From NCBI GenBank assembly GCA_038064675.1, contig JBBTSM010000003.1, positions 38,663-102,662 on the forward strand: DNA of 64,000 nucleotides, in the 5' to 3' direction. The translations under genes were made by a program, and so were the position numbers. Shown piece by piece: positions 50,600 through 61,579 of this stretch (its first letter is position 1; each line of letters begins with the position of its first letter). Origin of the DNA: Patescibacteria group bacterium (GTDB lineage: Bacteria > Patescibacteriota > Patescibacteriia > UBA9934). The notes beneath the pieces are model-generated. The model was not told the DNA's origin. It searched no databases and worked only from the letters and a program-made list of their open reading frames with translations.

Positions 50600-51114
50600 A
50601 ATGCTTCTGGTAAATACGGAACGAATTGCTCACTAAGATACTGATAGATCTTAACAAATCGATCCTGATCCTCATCAACAACAGCCATTCCCCAAACATG
50701 AACATCCGTATCGCCCCACGAAAGATCGTATCCGGTGTTGTCTCCATCAAAAAATTCTGAATCTGTCGTACGTATTCTGTCTGCTCGATGTTGCCGAAGG
50801 TATGCGTAGAGTAATGCCGTTTCCTGTTCGCTCAACGTAAATTCCACACGAGAATCCTTCGGAATCGATTCTTCGGCAGACCAAGAACGCGCAGTACCGT
50901 GGCTTCCGCGAAGAATCACCTCATCGCCCTCTGGCTGCATTCCGCCACCGCTTTGCCATGTGAGAACGAAATCTTGAGGCATGCCTTGTGGAAGCGACGT
51001 GGCCGGAAAAAGTACAAACCACAACAGGCCTCCACCAATCAACAGCACGAATAGCGCACCAACAGCCACACGAAATACGATTCGTTGGGAAAACGCCATA
51101 TCACTACGATACAA
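50596..51114 (-). CDS. Hypothetical membrane-anchored protein
   Basis: N-terminal TM segment. The start may be MAFSQ. Confidence 0.7.
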   Translation of the reverse strand: MYRSDMAFSQRIVFRVAVGALFVLLIGGGLLWFVLFPATSLPQGMPQDFVLTWQSGGGMQPEGDEVILRGSHGTARSWSAEESIPKDSRVEFTLSEQETALLYAYLRQHRADRIRTTDSEFFDGDNTGYDLSWGDTDVHVWGMAVVDEDQDRFVKIYQYLSEQFVPYLPEAL

Positions 51115-51388
51115 ACCAAAGCGCAGACTGAATGAATGTTGCCGGTTGCTTTTGGAATACTGTTCCGCACTGACTGCAAGACATTGTCACAAAACGCTTC
51201 CAGGTAAACACTGGAACACCAAACACATGGATCGCATTCCATTCCTTTTCTCGTTTTGCTGAGGCTACAGCGCCACACGCAGAACACGATTGTTTCGTGC
51301 GCAAGGAATACATTGGCTTCTTTCGCTCAACAACGGAAATAAACGCTGCAAAAAGTCTTGCTATTGGCATATGCAGTCTCGATATCAA
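51104..51388 (-). CDS. Zinc-ribbon domain protein
   Basis: CSACG...VFGVPVF...CSQCG. Confidence 0.65.
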   Translation of the reverse strand: MISRLHMPIARLFAAFISVVERKKPMYSLRTKQSCSACGAVASAKREKEWNAIHVFGVPVFTWKRFVTMSCSQCGTVFQKQPATFIQSALWFVS

Positions 51389-52806
51389 CGAATCAAATTC
51401 CTCGCGACACGATCAACATCCCCCGCACCCATCACAATCACCACGTCGCTTTCTTTGATCATCGATCGCAACATCGATTCAGCCTCGATGAGATCTTTTA
51501 CATAATACCCTTCTTTTGGCGGAGTCGCCGATGTCATCGCCGCGTCGAGCAATGTTTTGCTGGTCACTGCAGCATCGGATTCCTCCGTTCTGCCAAGCAC
51601 ACCGTAAATTTCAGAGAGGATCAGTACATCCGCACCGCCGAACGATTGCGCAAAATCGTCGAAAAGTTCTTTCGTCCGATTGTGTTGATGCGGCTCGAAA
51701 AGCAACACAATTCTGCTTGTAGGAAAAAATTCTCGCGCACCCTCGAGTGTTGCTTTAACTGCCGTTGGATGATGGCCGTAGTCCGAGATAATCTGCGCGC
51801 CGTTGAATATTCCGACACGTTCGAACCGTCGCCAAATGCCAGTGAACGACGCGAGGGATTCGAGTATCTTCTGCAAGCCGATACCGTATTCGAGCGCAAC
51901 CGCTTTCGCCGCAAACGCGTTCATCATATTGAACAGGCCTGGAATACCGAGCGTGAGCGTTCCGAGTTTTTTCGCCTTATGAATCGCACCGTCTTGTTCA
52001 AGGATATCGAGTGATTGCGTACCGTTCGCAAAATACCGATCGACGTTTGGTAACGGATCGTCCCATGACGTGAAAGCGTGTTGCATAAGTTCGTATCCGT
52101 AGATTCCGATGCGTGCGCTACCGTCTCCACGGTAAAAACATTTCTGCTGATCCTTCATGGTCATCCACACCGTCTTCTGTGTTTGTCGTCCAAGCTGGCC
52201 AAACATCGCCTCAACGTCGGCGAGATCTTTATAGACGTCAGTGTGATCGAGCTCAACATTGGTAATGACGGTTGTTTCTGGGAAAAGTTTCAACACCTTT
52301 CGGAGGTATTCATCACCCTCAATGATCATAATGTCGCTTTTCCCGACTGCGACATTTCCATACTTCCACCCCGGCACGATCGATCCAACGAATACGGTCG
52401 GATCACATCCAGCATCGATAAAAATCTTTCCCGCCATCGCCGTCGTTGTCGATTTTCCGTTCGTTCCCGTGATACAGATCGTCCGATAGTCCTTTGAAAG
52501 CTCACCGAGGAAATCGAAATGCCCCATCTGCGGAATGTTTCGCGATGTCGCCGCAGCACGCTCAGCATTCTCGGCGGTCGCTGCCTCGGTGTACACGACA
52601 AGGTCGGTCTCCGATGGAATGTTCGATGCATCCTGACCGATCGAGACGGGAATTCCGAGTTCGACGAGGCCATCGGTAATCATCGACTGTTTCGCATCGC
52701 TCCCAGAAACCGAAATGTCTTTTGCGAACAAAAACTTCATCACGCCACTGATGCCAATACCTCCAGCGCCGATACAGTGCACGTGACGATACGAATCCAG
52801 TTGCAT
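51385..52806 (-). CDS. murC: UDP-N-acetylmuramate--L-alanine ligase
   Basis: IGAGGIGISG, GTNGKSTTT, EGDEY, RRFE, DYGHHP, FEPHQ, MGAGDV. Confidence 0.95.
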   Translation of the reverse strand: MQLDSYRHVHCIGAGGIGISGVMKFLFAKDISVSGSDAKQSMITDGLVELGIPVSIGQDASNIPSETDLVVYTEAATAENAERAAATSRNIPQMGHFDFLGELSKDYRTICITGTNGKSTTTAMAGKIFIDAGCDPTVFVGSIVPGWKYGNVAVGKSDIMIIEGDEYLRKVLKLFPETTVITNVELDHTDVYKDLADVEAMFGQLGRQTQKTVWMTMKDQQKCFYRGDGSARIGIYGYELMQHAFTSWDDPLPNVDRYFANGTQSLDILEQDGAIHKAKKLGTLTLGIPGLFNMMNAFAAKAVALEYGIGLQKILESLASFTGIWRRFERVGIFNGAQIISDYGHHPTAVKATLEGAREFFPTSRIVLLFEPHQHNRTKELFDDFAQSFGGADVLILSEIYGVLGRTEESDAAVTSKTLLDAAMTSATPPKEGYYVKDLIEAESMLRSMIKESDVVIVMGAGDVDRVARNLIR

Positions 52807-52808
52807 AC

Positions 52809-53219
52809 CTATGCTTCAATTTCATTTTCAACCGCAATGCCATCATCACTATCTTCTTCCTCTTCTTCTTCGTCGCTCAATACTTCGTCTTCCACACCTT
52901 CGGCGCGAGCATCCATCATTTTCTCTTTCTTATCAATCAATTGACGCTTCACGTCGTCCTTTGCTTCGTCAATTGCGGCATACAAATCATCACGCTCTGC
53001 ATGAGCCCGAACCACGTCTCCGAGTACGACAACGTTCATCTCAGCAAAAAACACATCACCCTTATTATGATGCTCGCTCGTTTTTCCAACCTCTACTGCA
53101 ACGTCGCACGGATCAAATCTCTTTGTAAATCGGGAGATACCCTCAACCCTTTCTGTGACGTAATTCCGAATGGCATCCGTGAGCTCAATGTTTGTTCCCT
53201 GGATTTCGGTAATGCGCAT
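52809..53219 (-). CDS. hpf: Ribosome hibernation factor (HPF/RaiA)
   Basis: IQGTNIELTDAIRNYV, DLYAAID. Confidence 0.92.
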   Translation of the reverse strand: MRITEIQGTNIELTDAIRNYVTERVEGISRFTKRFDPCDVAVEVGKTSEHHNKGDVFFAEMNVVVLGDVVRAHAERDDLYAAIDEAKDDVKRQLIDKKEKMMDARAEGVEDEVLSDEEEEEEDSDDGIAVENEIEA

Positions 53220-53226
53220 ATGGGGG

Positions 53227-53252
53227 AAAGTAAAAGGTAAAGACCTGACCCC
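53227..53252. repeat. Family F repeat just upstream of hpf
   Basis: AAAGTAAAAGGTAAAGACCTGACCCC, 26/26 with 33244-33269. Confidence 0.9.
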
Positions 53253-53296
53253 TTAGTTATACCTCGAATAACGAATCGATCAATACGGTTATCCTC

Positions 53297-54265
53297 CTAG
53301 AATCCAACATGCATCACTTCTTCTTCTAAATTCACACCGACTTCTGCAGCCACATGTTTCTTTACTCGCGTCACAAGGCGAAGAATATCCTCTGCCGTTG
53401 CGTGGCCTTTATTTAAGAGGAAGTTTCCGTGCTGCAATGAAACCTCTGCATCCCCAACAGCCGTTCCTTTTAAACCGAGTTTTTCGATAATCCATCCTGC
53501 AGGAATGCGCTTGCGATCGATGAATTCTTGAGGAATATCGTACGCTTGTTGTAACTGTGCAATTTGGGCGTGATCAGTCCACTCAAAGTTCTTGAACATG
53601 CATCCCGCAGACGACGCACCAAGTGGCTGTGTTGCTTTGCGGCCAGCAAGATTCTTTTCAATCTGTGCGAGAGCGGTATCCCGATCACCGACCTCGAGCT
53701 TAAGAACGACATCAAGTACAACGTCGTCGTTGCCGATCTCTTTCAGCACACTGTGCCGATACGCAAAGTGCAAATCGTCATTCGACAACTCGAGGATCGT
53801 TCCCTTACGAAGTACACGAACTGATTCAATCGAATCTCGCATCTCGCCACCAAAACATCCAGCGTTTCCGCGAACGGCACCGCCGATGGTTCCCGGAAGC
53901 GACACCGCCCATTCAAAACCACGCAACCCAGCTTCCGCACTCGCTCGCGCAGCAGCAGAAGAGATGACACCGGCCTCGGCGAATACGTGATTCCCCTCTA
54001 CACGCATCGCGCGATTCGCCGCCTTAATGATGAGGCCCGAAAAACCCTCGTCCGATACGAGCGTGTTCGATCCACCACCAAGAAGAACATATTCCACCGC
54101 AAAGTCCTGCGCCATGTTCACGGCATCGACGAGGTCCTGCATGCTTCGCGCCTCCACAAACCATTTCGCCGGTCCGCCGATGCGAATATTGAGATGCTTC
54201 CCCAACGGTTCATGCTCCTTGAACTGCACCCCGAACCGTTCACGGAATTTATCGGCAAGAGTCAT
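53297..54265 (-). CDS. murB: UDP-N-acetylmuramate dehydrogenase
   Basis: IGGPA, GGGSN, PGTIGGAVRGNAG, QP..SAGCMFKN, HGNF. Confidence 0.96.
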   Translation of the reverse strand: MTLADKFRERFGVQFKEHEPLGKHLNIRIGGPAKWFVEARSMQDLVDAVNMAQDFAVEYVLLGGGSNTLVSDEGFSGLIIKAANRAMRVEGNHVFAEAGVISSAAARASAEAGLRGFEWAVSLPGTIGGAVRGNAGCFGGEMRDSIESVRVLRKGTILELSNDDLHFAYRHSVLKEIGNDDVVLDVVLKLEVGDRDTALAQIEKNLAGRKATQPLGASSAGCMFKNFEWTDHAQIAQLQQAYDIPQEFIDRKRIPAGWIIEKLGLKGTAVGDAEVSLQHGNFLLNKGHATAEDILRLVTRVKKHVAAEVGVNLEEEVMHVGF

Positions 54266-54267
54266 AC

Positions 54268-54588
54268 TTATCGACGAACGAACGACTTTTCAACGCGAGT
54301 CATTGTTTCCATTTCTTGATCTGCGAGCTTGCGATCAAGATAATCTTTCGTCACCATTTCATTTCGAATTCCTGCAATCTGGCGATCAACCGCATCAAAA
54401 CGATCATCCGTGGAAGACGAGAGCATGTGAATGGCATCCATAGCCTCTTCGTGTAAGGCGTCCATTTTCTTCTCGAGACCGTCAAAGCGGCCTTCAAGTC
54501 CATCGAAACGTCCCTCAAGTCCGTCGAAACGTCCCTCAAGTCCGCGAATCGCGTTCAAGATATCTTTTGTGGATACTTCAGGTTCCAT
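54268..54588 (-). CDS. Hypothetical coiled-coil protein with LEGRFDG heptad repeats
   Basis: Three 21-bp tandem units at about 54474-54543; MVTKDYLD. Confidence 0.8.
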   Translation of the reverse strand: MEPEVSTKDILNAIRGLEGRFDGLEGRFDGLEGRFDGLEKKMDALHEEAMDAIHMLSSSTDDRFDAVDRQIAGIRNEMVTKDYLDRKLADQEMETMTRVEKSFVRR

Positions 54589-54669
54589 ATGGCAGCTAGA
54601 GTAGCATAAATATCCGACAAAACGGAATTCTTCACAGAATTGCGCAAAACGTCTATCCTACGCACATCT

Positions 54670-55917
54670 ATGATGACTTTTTCCCACGACACAGAAATTG
54701 CTCAAGCCATGCAAAATGAGCTCGAACGGCAGCGTCACGGATTAGAAATGATCCCTTCCGAAAACTTCGTTTCTGAAGCGGTGCTCGCTGCGCTCGGAAG
54801 CGTCGCGACGAATAAGTACGCCGAAGGCTTGCCAGGCAAACGCTACTACGGCGGATGCCTGCACATCGATGTGATTGAATCCATCGCCATTGAGCGCGCA
54901 AAGAAACTCTTTGGCGCAGAACACGTAAACGTACAACCACACTCTGGCGCGCCAGCAAACAACGCCGTGTACGCCGCGCTTCTTCAGCCAGGCGACACCG
55001 TTCTTGGCATGGATCTTTCTCATGGCGGACACCTCACCCACGGCCATCCAGTTACCGATGCCGCGAAGCGCTACAACTTCCTTCGGTACAAGACGACCGC
55101 AGACGGCACGATCGATTACGAGGAAATCGAAAGCCTCGCACGCGAGCACAAACCAAAGATGATTCTCGTCGGATATTCTGCGTACACTCGTGAAATCGAC
55201 TACGCTCGTATTGCGAAAATCGCCACTGAGGTAGGGGCGCTCACAATGGCAGATATCGCACACATCGCCGGTCTCATTGCTGCAGGTGAAATGAACAATC
55301 CTGTTCCGCTCTTTGATGTCGTCACCACAACCACACACAAAACGCTTCGCGGCCCACGCGGTGGAATGATTATGTGCAAGGAAATTCACGCGAAGGCCAT
55401 CAACAAATCAGTGTTCCCTGGTTTGCAGGGTGGACCACACGAAAATGGCATTGCTGCGAAAGCCGTCGCATTCGGCGAAGCGTTGCAGCCAGAGTTTAAA
55501 GAATACGCAAAACGCATTCGCGCCAATGCAAAAACGTTGGCAGACGAGCTTTCAAAGCGCGGATTCACACTCATGTTTGGTGGAACCGACAATCATCTTC
55601 TCCTCATCGACGTCAGCACAAAGAACGTTACTGGAGCACAGGCTGAAACTGCACTGGACGCTGCCGGGATTACCGTCAACAAGAACATGATTCCAAATGA
55701 TCCACGTGGACCGATGGATCCATCCGGAATCCGCATGGGCACACCAGCGATTACGACCCGCGGCTTAAATGTTGAGCACATGCCCATCATCGCCGAATGG
55801 ATTGACCGCGCGATTCTCAACCACGCCGATCCTGCTATGCTCAGAAGTATCGCCGACGATGTTCGGAAGCTGATGTCGGAATTCCCGTTGTATCCAAATC
55901 TCAAATACACAGCTTAA
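54670..55917 (+). CDS. glyA: Serine hydroxymethyltransferase
   Basis: [34 protein letters not shown]. Confidence 0.98.
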   Translation: MMTFSHDTEIAQAMQNELERQRHGLEMIPSENFVSEAVLAALGSVATNKYAEGLPGKRYYGGCLHIDVIESIAIERAKKLFGAEHVNVQPHSGAPANNAVYAALLQPGDTVLGMDLSHGGHLTHGHPVTDAAKRYNFLRYKTTADGTIDYEEIESLAREHKPKMILVGYSAYTREIDYARIAKIATEVGALTMADIAHIAGLIAAGEMNNPVPLFDVVTTTTHKTLRGPRGGMIMCKEIHAKAINKSVFPGLQGGPHENGIAAKAVAFGEALQPEFKEYAKRIRANAKTLADELSKRGFTLMFGGTDNHLLLIDVSTKNVTGAQAETALDAAGITVNKNMIPNDPRGPMDPSGIRMGTPAITTRGLNVEHMPIIAEWIDRAILNHADPAMLRSIADDVRKLMSEFPLYPNLKYTA

Positions 55918-55925
55918 AGCCTCAC

Positions 55926-55980
55926 TCGCCCATTTTGCCCAAGGCGTAATCGCCGATCGCTCAAGCGTAGCGATCGCTCA
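55926..55980. repeat. Family D repeat between glyA and folD
   Basis: TCGCCCATTTTGCCCAAGGCGTAATCGCCGATCGCTCA resembles 8619-8654. Confidence 0.65.
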
Positions 55981-55989
55981 TTCTCCAGT

Positions 55990-56832
55990 ATGACCGAAAT
56001 TCTCAACGGGAAAATTCTCGCAAAAACCATTCGCGACAAAGCAAAGATTCGCGTGGAAGCCATGGAGACGCCTCCAGGTCTTGCCGTTATTTTGATTGGC
56101 GAAAATCCTGCGTCGCAGCTGTATGTTCGCCTCAAGGAAGTTGCGGCAAAGGAAGTAGGGATCTACGTTGAGCGCCATGAATGCCCGGCGGACATCAGCA
56201 CGAAAGACGCTATCGCGAAAGTTCAAGAGCTCAACGAGCGCAACGACATCAACGGCATCTTGGTACAGCTTCCGCTTCCTGGCGGGCAGGATACGGACGC
56301 CATCATCAGTGCGATTATGCCAATCAAGGACATCGACGGCTTCCATACGGAAAACCGCCGCCTTCTTCTTGCGAGTACGCCGAACCTTGTTCCGCCAACC
56401 GCGCTTTCACTCATGCGACTCATTCAAGCAACGCGCATACCACTTCGCGGAAAAATCGCCGTTATCCTGGGCAACTCGCAAATCTTCGCTGAACCAATCA
56501 TCGAGCTCCTCCGCGACGCTGGTGTTGCAGCAACATTCGTTCCAAAAGATACCGAAGGCCTTTCTGCCATTACTCGCGCTGCCGACATCCTCATCGTTGC
56601 CGTCGGTATCGCAAACTTCGTCACCGCCGACATGGTAAAGCCATCCGCCGTCGTCCTCGATGTTGGCGCCAACAAATCTGGCGATAAAACCATCGGCGAC
56701 GTTGCCGCCGACGTCATCGGCCAGGCCGGATTCATCTCCCCCGTCCCCGGCGGCGTCGGCCCACTCACCGTGGCGTATCTTTTGCTCAACGTGATTAAAG
56801 CGATGGAACTGCAGGAGAGATTGAGAGGATAA
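55990..56832 (+). CDS. folD: Methylene-THF dehydrogenase/cyclohydrolase
   Basis: GILVQLPLP, KDIDG, PVPGGVGPLTVA. Confidence 0.95.
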   Translation: MTEILNGKILAKTIRDKAKIRVEAMETPPGLAVILIGENPASQLYVRLKEVAAKEVGIYVERHECPADISTKDAIAKVQELNERNDINGILVQLPLPGGQDTDAIISAIMPIKDIDGFHTENRRLLLASTPNLVPPTALSLMRLIQATRIPLRGKIAVILGNSQIFAEPIIELLRDAGVAATFVPKDTEGLSAITRAADILIVAVGIANFVTADMVKPSAVVLDVGANKSGDKTIGDVAADVIGQAGFISPVPGGVGPLTVAYLLLNVIKAMELQERLRG

Positions 56833-56865
56833 AAAACTGCGAGCCGTTTGGCTCGCAGTTTTTTT
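56831..56865. terminator. Bidirectional terminator between folD and uvrA
   Basis: AAAAAACTGCGAGCC-GTTT-GGCTCGCAGTTTTTTT. Confidence 0.9.
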
Positions 56866-59380
56866 ATTTCAAATACTTCCGCAAATACCTTCCCGTGTGA
56901 CTCTTCGGCATTCTCGCGATGTCTTCTGGGGTGCCGACGCCGACGACGGTGCCGCCAAGGTCGCCGCCCTCTGGGCCCATGTCGATAAGCCAGTCGGCGG
57001 TTTTGATGACGTCGAGGTTGTGTTCGATGACGATCATAGAGTTTCCCTTGTCCACGAGACGATGAAGCACGTCGAGAAGTTGTTTTACGTCGTCAAAGTG
57101 CAAACCGGTAGTTGGCTCATCGAGGAGATACAAGGTCTTCCCTGTTTGTCGCTTCGAGAGTTCCGATGCAAGCTTCACGCGCTGCGCCTCGCCACCAGAC
57201 AATGTTGCTGCAGATTGGCCAAGTGTGACGTACGACAATCCAACCTCGTTCAACGCCTTCAACTTATCGGCGATCTCGGAAATATCTTTAAAGAATGGTT
57301 CAGCCTCCTCGATGGTCATATCGAGCACTTGGCTGATGTTCTTTTCTTTATAAACGACCTCGAGTGTTTCGCGGTTGAATCGCTTTCCCTTACACACTTC
57401 GCACGTGACATACACCGTTGGCAAGAAATGCATTTCGATTTCAATCTCACCGTGACCCTCACAGTTTTCACATCGGCCGCCAGGAACGTTGAAACTGAAT
57501 CGACCAGGCTTATAACCGCGGAAACGCGCCTCTTCCGTTGCGGTGAAGAGCTCACGAATCGGCGTCCATGCGCCGGTGTATGTTGCAGGATTCGACCTCG
57601 AAGTGCGGCCAATCGCGCCCTGGTCGATGAGAATTGCTTTATCGATGTATTCCACGCCTAGGACGGACTTTGCGGCGCCAGGAGTGTCTTTTCCACCGTA
57701 CAACTTCTTCGCGATCGACTTATACATTACGTCGTAGGCCAAGGTCGATTTCCCCGATCCCGAAACACCCGTCACACAAATGAATCGACGCAACGGGAAG
57801 TCGACATCGATGTTCTTGAGATTGTTTTCAGTAGCTCCTCGGACTTTAATCGCGCCGACCGAGCTATCGCGTCGCTCCTCGGGGACCTCGATTTTCGCAT
57901 CACCACGAAGATACGCCGCAGTACGAGACTTCTTATTCTGGAATACTTCCGGAGTCTTTCCTTCCGCTACAACATATCCGCCGTGCTTTCCGGCTCCTGG
58001 ACCAATCTCCACCATGTAATCCGATCGACGAATCGTATCCTCATCATGCTCAACGACGAGCACCGTGTTCCCGATATCGCGAAGATGTTCAAGGGTCTCG
58101 ATGAGCCGTTCGTTGTCGCGTTGGTGCAGTCCGATTGTTGGTTCATCGAGAACATACAGTGCGCCCACCAGGCTCGATCCGATTTGCGACGCGAGACGAA
58201 TGCGCTGTGCCTCGCCACCGGAAAGCGTTCCTGCGGTTCGATTCAGCGTGAGGTAATGCAAGCCCACATCGAGCATGAAGGACAATCGCGACTCGATTTC
58301 TTTAAGCACGGCACTCGCAATGGTTCGCTCACGCTCGCTCAATCCGAGTTCGAGGAAGAACGTTACTGCTGCGTCGATCGACATCGATGTCACATCTACG
58401 ATCGATTTCCCGGCGATAAAAACGGACAGCGCCTCTTTCCGCAATCGATCTCCATGACACGTTTCGCAAGGCTCCGATGAAAAGAGATCGACCGTTCCCA
58501 AGCCCGAACACGCAGCGCATGCGCCGTATGGGCTATTAAATGAAAATAAACGAGGCTCGATATCGGGAAACGAGAATCCACAATCAACACAGCTAAACTT
58601 GGACGATAACAATCGTTCTTCCTTGCTCGGCATGACGGCAATTGCGAGATCGGAACCTTGCGCCAGGGCCTTTTCTAACGCTTCGCTTAATCGCTGACGA
58701 TCATCTTTCTTTGGCGACAGCAACGAGCTCGCTGGCAGCGTGTCGATGACAACTTCAATGGTGTGTTGCTTGTATCGCGACAACTCGATCTTCTCGCTTA
58801 ATCGATAGAGTTTTCCGTCGACACGCACTTTTGCAAAACCACTGTTGTAAAGATCGTAGAGCAATTGGTAGTACTCCCCCTTTCGTCCACGAATGATCGG
58901 GGCAAGAATCAATACTTCGTCACCCGATTTCAGCTTTGCGATCCCTTCAACATCACGGATGACGATGTCGGACATTTCATCAACCGTGAGTTTCTCGATC
59001 TTCTTATGACAGTTCGGACAAAATGGCACGCCAATTCGAGCGTACAACACACGAAGGTAATCGTAGATCTCAGTGATGGTCGCAATCGTGCTTCGCGGAT
59101 TTCGTGAATGCGCTTTCTGATCGATACTAATTGCCGGAGACAAGCCTTCGATCTCATCAACATCCGGCTTCTGCATCTGCCCCAAAAATTGCCGAGCGTA
59201 GGCGGACAATGATTCTACATACCGACGCTGACCCTCGGCAAAAATCGTATCGAACGCCAAACTCGACTTTCCGCTTCCAGATAATCCCGTAATACAAATC
59301 ATCTGGTTTCGCGGAAGCGACACCGTAATATTCTTCAAATTGTGCTGACGCGCACCTTTGACGACAATGTGATTGAGCAT
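56864..59380 (-). CDS. uvrA: Excinuclease ABC subunit A
   Basis: [17 protein letters not shown], two LSGGEAQR signatures, zinc fingers. Confidence 0.98.
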   Translation of the reverse strand: MLNHIVVKGARQHNLKNITVSLPRNQMICITGLSGSGKSSLAFDTIFAEGQRRYVESLSAYARQFLGQMQKPDVDEIEGLSPAISIDQKAHSRNPRSTIATITEIYDYLRVLYARIGVPFCPNCHKKIEKLTVDEMSDIVIRDVEGIAKLKSGDEVLILAPIIRGRKGEYYQLLYDLYNSGFAKVRVDGKLYRLSEKIELSRYKQHTIEVVIDTLPASSLLSPKKDDRQRLSEALEKALAQGSDLAIAVMPSKEERLLSSKFSCVDCGFSFPDIEPRLFSFNSPYGACAACSGLGTVDLFSSEPCETCHGDRLRKEALSVFIAGKSIVDVTSMSIDAAVTFFLELGLSERERTIASAVLKEIESRLSFMLDVGLHYLTLNRTAGTLSGGEAQRIRLASQIGSSLVGALYVLDEPTIGLHQRDNERLIETLEHLRDIGNTVLVVEHDEDTIRRSDYMVEIGPGAGKHGGYVVAEGKTPEVFQNKKSRTAAYLRGDAKIEVPEERRDSSVGAIKVRGATENNLKNIDVDFPLRRFICVTGVSGSGKSTLAYDVMYKSIAKKLYGGKDTPGAAKSVLGVEYIDKAILIDQGAIGRTSRSNPATYTGAWTPIRELFTATEEARFRGYKPGRFSFNVPGGRCENCEGHGEIEIEMHFLPTVYVTCEVCKGKRFNRETLEVVYKEKNISQVLDMTIEEAEPFFKDISEIADKLKALNEVGLSYVTLGQSAATLSGGEAQRVKLASELSKRQTGKTLYLLDEPTTGLHFDDVKQLLDVLHRLVDKGNSMIVIEHNLDVIKTADWLIDMGPEGGDLGGTVVGVGTPEDIARMPKSHTGRYLRKYLK

Positions 59381-59389
59381 AGATGCAAT

Positions 59390-61459
59390 TTACTTTCCGC
59401 GAGATCGCTTCCCTTTCTTTCCCTTCTTCATTCCCAACAACTCTTTACTCAACAACGCGATTTCATCTCGCAGAATCGCCGCGGTCTCGAAGAGCAAGTT
59501 TGCCGATGCTTTGTCCATTTCAATTTCCTTCTCACGAATCGCCTCCTCAATCTCCATCGGCGTTGCGCCAATTTCGATGTCGAGAATCTTTGATGTGTCG
59601 GCCTCAAAATTCCGATCGAGTTCTGCGCGAATGTCTTTAATCGTCTTGATAATCGTTTGCGGCGTGATGCCGTGCTTGATGTTATGTGCGATCTGGATAG
59701 TACGACGACGTTCAGTTTCCTTCAGCGCCCTGTCGAGCGATCCTGTCATTTTATCGGCGTACAGAACAACCAAACCGTTCACGTTACGCGCCGCACGGCC
59801 GATAGTCTGAATCAACGACGTTTCCGATCGCAAGAATCCTTCCTTATCCGCATCGAGAACACCGATGAGCGAAACTTCTGGGAGATCGAGACCTTCGCGA
59901 AGCAAGTTCACTCCAACCACAACATCGTATGTTCCCCGTCGGAGCTCGGATAAGATAGTAATTCGATCCAAGGTTTCGACATCCGAGTGCAAATACGCAA
60001 CCTTCATTCCGCCTTCTTTGAGGTACGTCGTCAAATCCTCCGCCATCTTCTTCGTCAGCGTCGTCACCAACGCTCGCTCACCTTTTGTAACACGGTCCTT
60101 AATGCGCTCGACAATATCGGCGACTTGGCCCGGGAAAGGACCCCCTCCGACTCCCCCTTCGTAAGGGGGAGCGTTGTCGGTCTGCGTTACTGGCAGCACC
60201 AATGTTTCTGGATCGACCAATCCCGTTGGACGAATAATCTGTTCAACGATCTTTTCCGATGTTTCCCTCTCAACCACTCCAGGCGTTGCTGAAACGTAGA
60301 CAGTCTGACCGATCGTCTTATCGAACTCTTGGTATGTTAACGGTCGATTATCCTTTGCCGATGGAAGACGGAATCCGAAATCGACCAACGTCTGTTTTCG
60401 GGCCTGATCACCGGCGAACATACCACCGATCTGTGGGAGCGTGACGTGTGATTCGTCGATAATCGTCAAGAAATCCTTCGGGAAATACGACAGCAACGTG
60501 TGTGCCGGTTCACCAACGCGACGGCCGTCGAAGTGACGGGAATAGTTTTCAATTCCGCTACAGTATCCAACATTCCGAATCATCTCGATGTCGTATCTCG
60601 TACGTCGAGTTAAGCGTTCGGACTCTAAAAGCTTTCCCTCGATTTCGAATTCCTTGAGTCTATCAGCGAGCTCGGCTTCAATATCACGGATCGCGCGTTC
60701 CCGTTCGGCGGAATCGGACATGAAATGTTTCGCCGGAAAGAACCACGCATCCTCATTTTGTGTAAGGATTTTTCGCGTCACTTTGTTCAGCGCAAAAATT
60801 TCACGCACCGCATTGCCCTCAATAACAATGCGATACACCGTTTCATCGCTCGGCGGCATCACCTCGATGACATCACCGTTCGCGCGGAAGTGACCACGGG
60901 TTAAATCAGCATTCGTTCGCTCGTACTGCATCGCCACGAGCTGACGGAGAAAATCTGCACGATCGATCCGATCGTTCACTCGGAGATGAAGAACCTCGCG
61001 CTTGTACGCTTCTGGCGAACCCAAGCCGTAAATACAACTCACCGATGCAACCACAATGACATCGCGCCTCGATAACAACGACTGCGTTGCAGCGTGGCGC
61101 AATCGATCGATCTCCTCGTTAATCTGCGCGTCCTTTTCGATGTACGTATCTGTTCTCGGCATGTACGCCTCTGGCTGGTAGTAGTCGTAATAGGAAACGA
61201 AGTACGACACCGCATTGTCTGGAAAAAAATCGCGGAATTCGGAACACAACTGCGCGGCAAGGGTTTTGTTGTGCGCGATGACGAGCGTCGGTTTCTGCAC
61301 ATTCTGAATAACATTCGCCATCGTAAAAGTTTTTCCCGAACCCGTAACACCAAGAAGCGTCTGCCGATGCAGACCGTCCTTGATCCCATCGGTGAGATCC
61401 GCAATTGCCTTCGGCTGATCGCCCGCTGGAGAATATTTTGAGACGAGATTGAATGACAT
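59390..61459 (-). CDS. uvrB: Excinuclease ABC subunit B
   Basis: GDQPKAI, GVTGSGKT, YYDYYQPEAY, NLLREGLD, GRAARN. Confidence 0.98.
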   Translation of the reverse strand: MSFNLVSKYSPAGDQPKAIADLTDGIKDGLHRQTLLGVTGSGKTFTMANVIQNVQKPTLVIAHNKTLAAQLCSEFRDFFPDNAVSYFVSYYDYYQPEAYMPRTDTYIEKDAQINEEIDRLRHAATQSLLSRRDVIVVASVSCIYGLGSPEAYKREVLHLRVNDRIDRADFLRQLVAMQYERTNADLTRGHFRANGDVIEVMPPSDETVYRIVIEGNAVREIFALNKVTRKILTQNEDAWFFPAKHFMSDSAERERAIRDIEAELADRLKEFEIEGKLLESERLTRRTRYDIEMIRNVGYCSGIENYSRHFDGRRVGEPAHTLLSYFPKDFLTIIDESHVTLPQIGGMFAGDQARKQTLVDFGFRLPSAKDNRPLTYQEFDKTIGQTVYVSATPGVVERETSEKIVEQIIRPTGLVDPETLVLPVTQTDNAPPYEGGVGGGPFPGQVADIVERIKDRVTKGERALVTTLTKKMAEDLTTYLKEGGMKVAYLHSDVETLDRITILSELRRGTYDVVVGVNLLREGLDLPEVSLIGVLDADKEGFLRSETSLIQTIGRAARNVNGLVVLYADKMTGSLDRALKETERRRTIQIAHNIKHGITPQTIIKTIKDIRAELDRNFEADTSKILDIEIGATPMEIEEAIREKEIEMDKASANLLFETAAILRDEIALLSKELLGMKKGKKGKRSRGK
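60141..60171. repeat. Family A palindrome in frame in uvrB
   Basis: CCCCCTCCGACTCCCCC-TTCGTAA-GGGGGAG versus CCCCCTCCGACTCCCCC-ATAAAT-GGGGGAG in the DUF559 inverted repeat. Confidence 0.9.
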
Positions 61460-61579
61460 ACGAAAAATTCGCCCGAGAGTTGGCCTCTAGGGGTACGTAT
61501 AAGAGAATGTGAGTCGATCATACCAAACAAACGCCGAACGGACAACCGATATCCACAGAAGTGCTACAATCCCGACAGT

